Positions 54,773 through 64,000 of a DNA stretch of 64,000 nt are shown in pieces. A program made the position numbers and the translations under genes. Source of the stretch: Octopus sinensis. Lineage: Eukaryota. Location of the stretch: NCBI RefSeq assembly GCF_006345805.1, contig NC_042998.1, forward strand, positions 65,286,001 through 65,350,000, given 5' to 3'. Under the pieces are notes generated by a model. The model did not search any database, was not told the origin of the DNA, and saw nothing but the letters and a program-made list of their open reading frames with translations. Numbering within the stretch: position 1 is the first letter of the stretch; the number at the start of each line of letters is the position of its first letter.

Positions 54773-55869
54773 GAATCTGACAGGTCAAAAGAAGGCAATA
54801 TTTGGATTCAGGGGACTGATTTTGTACAGGAATGATGACTATTTTCTAAACAACAAAAACCTTGTAGACCGGCGTAATTGATGATTTGAACACATGGATA
54901 TGGTTACAACTGAACACATTCCTAGTCCAATAGTTTGGAGGTAATAGCATATCTAAATTAAACAGTAATGGTCGAATTTATCAAATGATCGCATTGAAAG
55001 AGGTTTCGCTCCCTTTTCTGTTTTCATTATTATGATAAGAAGATATATATTTTCTTTTGTTACCTCATAATTCCTTTCCTCATAATTCCATCTTTATTTT
55101 CCATTCCTTTTATATTTGTTGTTTTACTTTTGTTTTTGCTTAAACTTCTTCATTTTTGTACTTCTATTATTTATTCTACTATTCTCCTTATAACTACTTA
55201 TTAGCCTTACTAGTACAGCTTTACCAATAGTCCTACATTTCAGGATAATATTGTTTTAGTCTTACTGTTATTTTACCAGTTATAGTTTATTTATAATCCC
55301 TGATAACTATTTATCATAATTCCTGTTGGATGTTCATAATTGTATGAATTCGTGGTATTTGAATTTTAAAATAATAAGTACTATTGGTTGCTATGTTTAC
55401 AAATATTGCCTAAAATATTTCCTCGAAAATAACGAAGTCACCACCAAGAATCTACCCTTAAAAATAAGGAGTTTTTAGCTTATCAAATTTCATTACTGAA
55501 TATCATTATTATTCAGAACTGCTAGGAGCCAACAATGGCTCAATGGATAAAAGTATATGACCTTGTTCTATATAATATATATATATTCCACACTTACCGA
55601 ATTCTTTATTTTCCCTTTACTTCTTTCTCCATAGCAGTTTCTTATTTTGGCTTTGGAGAAGTAAGCTTTCTAATTGTGCTTTACTACTATAGTAGACTCT
55701 TCACAATCTACTGAAGAATCTGAAGAAACTACTAGAGTAGATGCAAGCGCTTTAATATGATTTATAAAAACGTGACATATTAATAAAAATCTGTAAATGT
55801 ATAACTCATGCAGATCACTGAGTACGTTCTTTTTTCTAATATATAATACCTGTTCATCAGCTCCAAACA

Positions 55870-55944
<75 letters not shown>

Positions 55945-56329
55945 ATATAGTAGCACACCGTCGGTTGCGACGACGAGGGTCCCAAATGATACGTTCAACT
56001 GAAGAAATTGTTTGTGTAATTAACGTTGATGTAATAGATGTTTGCTTCCTTTACGAAGAGATTCGTTACGTTGAAAAACTTATCAGGCTTCTTTAGTTAT
56101 ATATTTTCTAGTTGAGAAGTGAAAACACTTCTGAATTGTTATTTATTGCTTTCCATATCTTCTTTGGGTCTGCAGGGGGTGAGCAGTTTTATATTTACCA
56201 AATAGTAGCCCTATCTTATAGCGTACTGAATCACACACATTTTCCAAAGTGTAGACGGCTTTAGGATTTCTTTTTATATTTCCGACTGCCCAGACTTCTT
56301 TCTTCTCTTTCCTTCTCATTGGCGATTTT

Positions 56330-58110
56330 AAGTTTATTTTCTACCTCGAAGAATTCCTCTGTCAGGGGAGATTTCACACTGTCATTAAGCTTTCATTAAT
56401 GTGTTTGTTTAAACGATTCGCGATCTTTATCCTTCGCCGCATGAGTATTCTCCTGTCTCGGGGAAAATTGTTTTTGTGTGTTTTGGCTTCCTTCTCTGGG
56501 ATAATATCTAATGTATATGGTTCGCATAATAGATGTGAATTTATTGAGTTCTATATCTATGTATTTCTGTTTTGAAGGGACTTTCAGTTAGCCTTATAGA
56601 AATTCAGTTTTGATAGGATTTGAGCGCCATCTGTGCGGAGTTCATCTTTACTTAATTCGGGGCTATGCACCGTCAGTTCTATTATTTTATGGTCTGCGAT
56701 TATTGACGATGGTATATTTACGATATGGATAATTTCCATATTGTTTGTAAAAGAGAGTTCCAGGATATTTTTCTGCCTGTTTGGGGAGAGTATGATCTGT
56801 TCCATAAATAGCATTTTCATAAGATCAAGTCAGGATTCATCTTGATTTCGCTGCCTGTACGTCATTCCTGGAGTTATATTGTCCTCGGGCCATCTGATGT
56901 TGGGGAAGTTGAAGTCAATCATCAGGAATATAATGGTACGTTAATCTAATTGTGCTAGTTCTTCTTTTATCGCACTGAAGCTTTCCTCAAATTTTCCATG
57001 ATGATGCGAGGCATCAGGTGGGTGCTATAGTGGGCATCTCAATGTATCAAGTTGCTTTAGATGTACAATGAGTGTGTCACACACCGAGTCTGAGTTCGAT
57101 AACATGGTTAATGGTGTGACATCATTGTGGATGTCCATGCAACTCCACGATGACTTCTTTTTTCTTGTGTCTGTACGGATGAAAGCATACATTGGTTTGT
57201 TTATCTCCACATCACTTACGTCTGCGTATAGAGGTGTTTCTGTAGGTGCCAAGTATAGAGCTTGATTACATACAGAAATATTCTTTAGGTGCTCAATTTT
57301 GCATTTGCTGTTGTTCTGCAGCAGGCCTCTTATATTCATCTGTAGAAATGGCGTTGGTGTGGATGTGTTGGGTGGTTTTGTGGCAGTGGTGGCAAACCAG
57401 GGTACATCAATTGTGGTGGTCTTCTGTGCGGGGTTACATAGCTCAGCTTTGTTTGTAGCCATGGCAACCATTGCATTATTTTCTGTGCCACACTTAAAAA
57501 TGTTGCTACCCAAATGCTGTATATAATAACTGTCTGGTCTTCTTCTCTGCAAGTTTGTGCTGGGATATAGATTTTTTCCAAGTGTAGTTGTTTCTTTCGT
57601 TGGTTGTGTAAGGAATGTTGCTCCAGCGCTGTGTGCGTAAGGCGGCAGTTTGTCCCACTCACTTTATGCCAGTAAACACCTCTTATGGGAAAATTGCAGA
57701 TAGACCTTTTTCTCTGAGAGGGTCTGATTTTGGGCTTTTATTTTACTTAGCTTTCGCCTAGTGTTTTCTGTTTCTTTTTGTAAATTGCTGCTTTGGAAGG
57801 TGCTGGGAAAGTGGTTGATTGCAATTTTCTCGTTCCCTTCCACTTTGAGCATTTTATCTTTGGCCTCGATGTTGCCACTGCTTTCTTTGTGACATGTCCC
57901 GCAGGCAGTTTCATAAATTTTTTTCGCTACTTTTGAAAATGCAGTCAATTTTTTCCAGGTATGACCTATGAACGATTAAGATCGGATGAACTCATTCTTC
58001 TTCCGCACTATTGGTGCCACTGGTCTGGAGAAACCTTTACTCTTTAGGGCAGCTCTAATTTAATTATCTGGCGGATAGCCTTCTACGATTTCCCATACAC
58101 GTAGGAACAA
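56330..58110 (-). mobile_element. Decayed CR1/L2-like LINE 5' part (ORF1 remnant plus APE; RT missing)
   Basis: PFLQMNIRGL..APTETPL..VEIN..FIRTDT..SNSDSVCDTLIV; DFNFPNI and ILELSFTNN motifs. Confidence 0.75.
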
Positions 58111-58113
58111 CCC

Positions 58114-58141
58114 TTTCTTTGGGGACTTCCAATTTCTTGTC

Positions 58142-58193
<52 letters not shown>

Positions 58194-59312
58194 CGAGAAA
58201 GAAGCAACAAGAATGGATAGGTTTTTAGTACAATCGTTTCATACAAGGACAGGCTTTATTAAAAGTTGTAAAAATTACAGCATATAAACGTGTCCCGTAC
58301 TCATCAGCTAAAATACATGTGAGTTCTCTAGACATCCTAGTGGTTGAGGCTATACTCATGAAGTAATGTAGATAATTAAGTAACATAAACAGATTTCCAA
58401 AGTTCATTAAAGTTCTTTAAAGATGATGTACAGTCTTATCACAGAATTTTAAAAAAGTTCTAATAGCATCACAGAGAAGGTGACCTAATCCATAGAGCAC
58501 ATATGAATTTCCAGAGATATGATGAGGGATTACATACTCACAGAAGACAAATTTATCCATTGTTAATCACAACGAGGTGGGTCTCGATTCCTGCTTATTA
58601 GCATTACAGAGAGGGTGAATTAATCCTTTGTATAGATGCACAATTTCCAATGGTGTAGATGTAAGTTTCCAGAGAAATGAAGAGGAATTCATATTCACAG
58701 GCGATAAATTTATCAATGGTTGAACACAATGAGGTAGGTATCAATTCATGTTATATGATTAGGTATTTGCCACATTAATCACATTACTGCTATTTACAAG
58801 AGGCTGTAGCTATTTAACTTATAAAGGCTGAAGGGCTTTCTAGAGAGGCCAAGAATAGAAAGGGAAGGGAATAGAAGAAAAGAGAGAAAATAAGGGAGGA
58901 GGGAGCAAAAAAGGGGGGGAAGGGGACTAAAAGAGAAGAGAAAAGGAAAAAGAGAATAAGGAGAAGAAACAGAAAAAAGAGAAAAGAGAAAGAAATAGGG
59001 AAAGAAGGGAAAAAAATAAAAATAAAAAAGAGGGTTCTAGTTATCCAGAAGAATTAGTAGACGGCAAGTCTGGTTTTAATTTACAGGCATCTAGGACACG
59101 TTTATATGCTGTAATTTTTACAACTTTAATAAAGCCTGTCCTTGTATGAAACGATTGTACTAAAAACCTATCCATTCTTGTTGCTTCTTTCTCGCTTATA
59201 ATCACCCCACATTACTGTATTGTTAAAACAGTATAGTTTTTTTTGGTGCATCTAAGTTAGGTACCATATTCAAGTAAATTCATTTAAATTAACTTGAATC
59301 TTTATTGCTTTT

Positions 59313-59360
<48 letters not shown>

Positions 59361-59388
59361 GACAAGAAATTGGAAGTCCCCAAAGAAA
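58114..59388. repeat. Fold-back structure with hammerhead-containing arms
   Basis: 58188-58295 vs 59094-59200 and 58114-58144 vs 59358-59388 are reverse complements. Confidence 0.9.
58223..58313 (-). ncRNA. Type I hammerhead ribozyme motif, complete core
   Basis: Minus strand TTTTAG-CTGATGA-GTACGGGACA...TGTCCTTGTAT-GAAA-CGATTG-TA-CTAAAA; 6-bp perfect stem I, about 10-bp stem II. Confidence 0.8.
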
Positions 59389-60024
59389 TATATATATACT
59401 TGAAGTTTACAGAAATACAAAATACGAAGACAGGTATATAAACACCAAGCAGATGTATAACTTTGATGCTCGGGAAGGTGAGAAAGTCTTTATATATATA
59501 TACATTGAAAAAGAGAGGGAGGGAGGGAGGGGTAGAGTGAGAAAAAGAAATAGATATGGAGTATATCCTACATACATATATATGTAGATTATATATGCGT
59601 GTATATCTATATATTGGAAAATATCCGTTTGCTATAAATGTTCAGGTTTCGACTAATATTGTATTCGATAGCCTCCTGCTTGATGCAATATTTTTGAATC
59701 ATAACATGCAACTAATTCTTGTGCCAAAAGTATGCAATTACATATAATCATGGAAGAAGGTCAGGGAAACTTCAATATGAAAGGTGTAACGATTCTGGGG
59801 CGTTAGTAAAAGTGCCTTCTTCCAGAAAATATAACAAAGTTTCATATATATTATATTCTTACACCACTTTCTCACGTAGCATTCTTATAATTGCAAAATT
59901 GTAAAACACTAATCTAGCATGAGGCTTAGTGTGCTCCACCTTCCTTTATTTAGTTTGTGCTTACAGGGATGTGCAGTAAGAAAATTTGTATTATACAATT
60001 TTTAAAGGAAATATTATTTTCTAT

Positions 60025-60222
60025 TCTAGGCACAAAGCCTCAAATTGTGTGGGAGGGGGTAACTCGATTAGATCGACCTCAGTACGCAACTGGTAATTAA
60101 TTTATCGATCTTGAAAGTATGAAAGGCAAAGCCGACCTCGGCGGAATTTGGACTCAGAACGTAAAGGCAGACGATATATAACTAAGCATTTCGCCCGGAT
60201 TGCTAACGTTTCTGCCAACTCT
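60025..60222 (-). mobile_element. tRNA-derived SINE (GAGTTGGCAGAA head family)
   Basis: Minus strand GAAATGCTTAG..CTGAGTCCAAATTCCGCCGAGGTCGGCTTTGCCTTTCAT..TCGATAAATTAATTACCAGTTGCGTACTGAGGTCGATC. Confidence 0.8.
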
Positions 60223-61290
60223 CAAAACTTTTTTTAACTGAAATACTGTAATTCTTATCGAACATCAAAGATGTTTATCGTCAAATGTAGCAAAGCCTCT
60301 CGTTGTAATACATACGTTAGATGTACCTGTGTTTGCAGAACCAACTTCTAAAATATATAGAAGTCTCTGCGCGTATGCGCGCAACAACACACTCATGCAC
60401 TCACATAGGCAGACGCACAGATGTACACACGCACATTTTCACGCACGCGCACATAGACCGACACACATTGACACACACACACATTCGCGCATGCACGCAC
60501 AGACGCATACGCACACACAATAGACATATTACATACATGTTCGGGTATATTCATATTGTTTATTTACGCTAATGAAATATTTAAAAGCCAGAAACTTGTC
60601 TCCATATATGTATTCCAGCTCGATTTTGCTAAGAAACAATCTTACTCATTACTAAAGAGAGTAGAAATATTAATAAAATCGTCTTATATAAGTGATATAT
60701 ATATATATATATATATGCGTGAGCTGTTGTGGTTATGTGTATAGTTGAATATAACTGAAGCCACCATAATTTATTTTTCTCAGTAAGTCGTCCTGTCATT
60801 CAAACGTGTTTTTTGTTGCTCATTTTTCTCTCTTTGGCAGGGAAAGTATTACTTTACAATAACAACCGTATTCTAATCATCTTCGAGATGAATGAAAACT
60901 AGAAACAGTAATCTTTTTTTCTCAATAAATTCGAGAAGAGAAAATGATGAATTAAAATAAAACAAATGACAGATAAATATCATCACGTTATATATTATAT
61001 CAACATTGCTAAGTTTTAGCTATATTAAGAAAATGAATCTATCAATAAATATACCGTATTATTTTCAGATCTTGTATATTGTTAATTTCTTTCCAATTCT
61101 TCTTATATGTTTTTTACAATTTTCTAGTTCATTTTGCTATTAGTGAGTATTTGTTTTCTATGAGATATTTTTTAGTAATTTGATTTTATGCCCATCTTTT
61201 GTCCTCATATGAAAACAATATTTATTTTAGATCTCTATTTCAGAACATATTAATTGACATTTAACTTATGAGAAGGAAAAGAAAAATATA

Positions 61291-61376
<86 letters not shown>

Positions 61377-62089
61377 GTACATATGTATATATATATGTAT
61401 ATATATATATATATGTGTGTGGTGTGTGTGTGCGTGTGTATGCATATATATATATATATCTATATATATATATATATATGGTGAATAATTCAACTTTCAT
61501 AAGCTCCTCTTATATTGCGAGAAATCGTAGATTTTTTTACATTTCACTTCAATACAGATTATTGTTATTTAATAAATTTTATTCCACCATCTTGTTACAC
61601 AGAAATCTATTGAAGATTAATGAGAAAGAAGACTTTAAAATATCTATAAAAATTGGTAAGAAGTAAATTGCATATTAAACATCAAATATATGGCGTTCAT
61701 TGCATAAGCGCGTAATTTTCTAGACTTTCGCGTATCAAATTGACTGCTAAACATTATTATGTGATCACTTCGATAAAGCCGCGCACGTCTATTCACACAA
61801 AAACACGCAGACGCATATATGTTGTGATTATGCGTGTTGTGTGATTTACAGTATGTATTTATAATTGTGTGTAGGTATAAATGCATGTATATGTAAAGAT
61901 ACATATATATGTGTTTAGAAAGACAGGGGGAGAGATTCACATGTATACACACACACATACATATATATATGGATATCTATATATGTATGCATGCATGTAT
62001 ATATGTTTATATATATATATATTTATATGTACATATGGATATATATACACATGTATATATATATATATGTATATGTGCATGTATGTATG

Positions 62090-62124
<35 letters not shown>

Positions 62125-62205
62125 ATATATATATGTCTATATATATATGTTTGTATATATATATATATATGTTTAAACATGCATTTATATATATATATAT
62201 ATAAA

Positions 62206-62508
62206 TCACGTGACCATGTGACCGACCAGACCATCAGATGTTGCTACACATCGCTGGTCACAATGCGTACGCATTGTTTTAGCCATCGAACGACGCCACT
62301 CATCTGGCTAAGCGAGCAGTCCAACAAAAGAAAGAGTGGGAGAAAAAGTGGTGAAAGAGTACAGCAGGGATCACCAACCCCTGCCCAGACTCGTGGAGTT
62401 CTTAGGTGTTTTCGCTCAATAAACCCTCACAACGCCCGGTCTGGGAATCGAGACCGCGATCCTACGACCGCAAGACCACTGCCCTAACCACTAGGCCATT
62501 GTGCCTCC
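62206..62508 (-). mobile_element. tRNA-derived SINE, same head as 41480-41715 but a different tail
   Basis: 62348-62508 matches 41554-41715; the 3' parts are unrelated. Confidence 0.85.
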
Positions 62509-63020
<512 letters not shown>

Positions 63021-64000
63021 GTGATTCGGTGAGGTGATAGAACGATTTGGAACCATAACTGTACTTTGTTCTGTATAGCAACAAATAATTAAAATGTTGT
63101 GAAGAGATCTCTTTTTTCTCGACAAATAATAAATTCTAATTAGATTCATTACGCTCACTACATAAAGTATTTTAACACTAACCAAATTATTGTCTGCTAT
63201 GTTATGACTTTCAAAAGGTTTCTTCTGCTAACTATGATCGATAATGTCTAGATGCTTTACGTCTCGTTTACTAAAAAATATTTTAATTGAAGACACTATA
63301 AATTTAATATTTAGATTTTGGTTTAACGTTATTTGATTAAGAGAAAATATTACATTCATCATCTTGGTGGGGTCGTGATTATCTGGAAAGTTATCTTGAA
63401 AAATGAATATTTGAATATAGAAAACAAATAATCTGTACAATTCTGTTGAGATTTGTCAGAAGATCCAAATGGGCCAATTGGCTTTTGATATAATCGCGGA
63501 TAAGAGGATACCTTTGGGGTATAGTCACAATTGGCGTAGTCCTGATGTGAAGAAGGAATATTTGTTCAGTTATGAAATAATAAATTATGTTATTGCGCAT
63601 ATGTTTAGTTCCCAAGCAATAATGATTTCCCGACTGTCGTTAAACAGTTGATTATGCACAAAGCGCTTCATTAACAAACACAGACAGCTAATAATGGTGA
63701 AAGTGAAGATGATGGACACAGTTTCAGGAATTTGCAAGAATATCGAATATGTAATAATAAATCAAATGTGGATGTTTCGTGAAAATTCTTGTTCAGCCAA
63801 GTCTATGTGTAATCAAAAGCAGCACCAAGGATCTACTGTGATAATCTAAGTATAAATAAGTTATTTGTTGTTTTACATCTCCCAGGCTCCTCACCTTCAA
63901 AGAATGTCATCGTCAGCGCCATAATCTTATTTATCGTTGTCGTCGTTTTTGCTGCTATTATTATAATGTTTATTATTGATCAACATTTAGTAGTTTCTGG

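Overview
AT-rich, repeat-dominated eukaryotic window with no supportable host gene. Microsatellite load and repeat types suggest a coleoid cephalopod such as Octopus (inference; no search run). Contents: two R4/Dong-type (restriction-like endonuclease) non-LTR retrotransposons ending in (TAA)n; four CR1/L2-like LINE copies; two Penelope-like (GIY-YIG) 3' fragments; decayed DNA transposons (two DD37D/maT-like, one mariner, one Tc1, one probable Chapaev/CMC-like); many tRNA-derived SINEs; long microsatellites. Main discovery: about ten type-I hammerhead-ribozyme-like motifs from roughly seven unrelated sequence families, several with palindromic stem III and some with non-canonical cores. Several sit in short non-coding elements with inverted or terminally redundant ends. 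The best case (6963-7491) has a 12-bp target-site duplication, a 356-bp monomer and an inverted arm that reads through the monomer end-to-start junction, as expected for a retrozyme copied from a circular or multimeric RNA. The two R4 3'UTRs share a covarying hairpin with an identical UGGGU loop. All folds were paired by eye, and boundaries of decayed elements are approximate.
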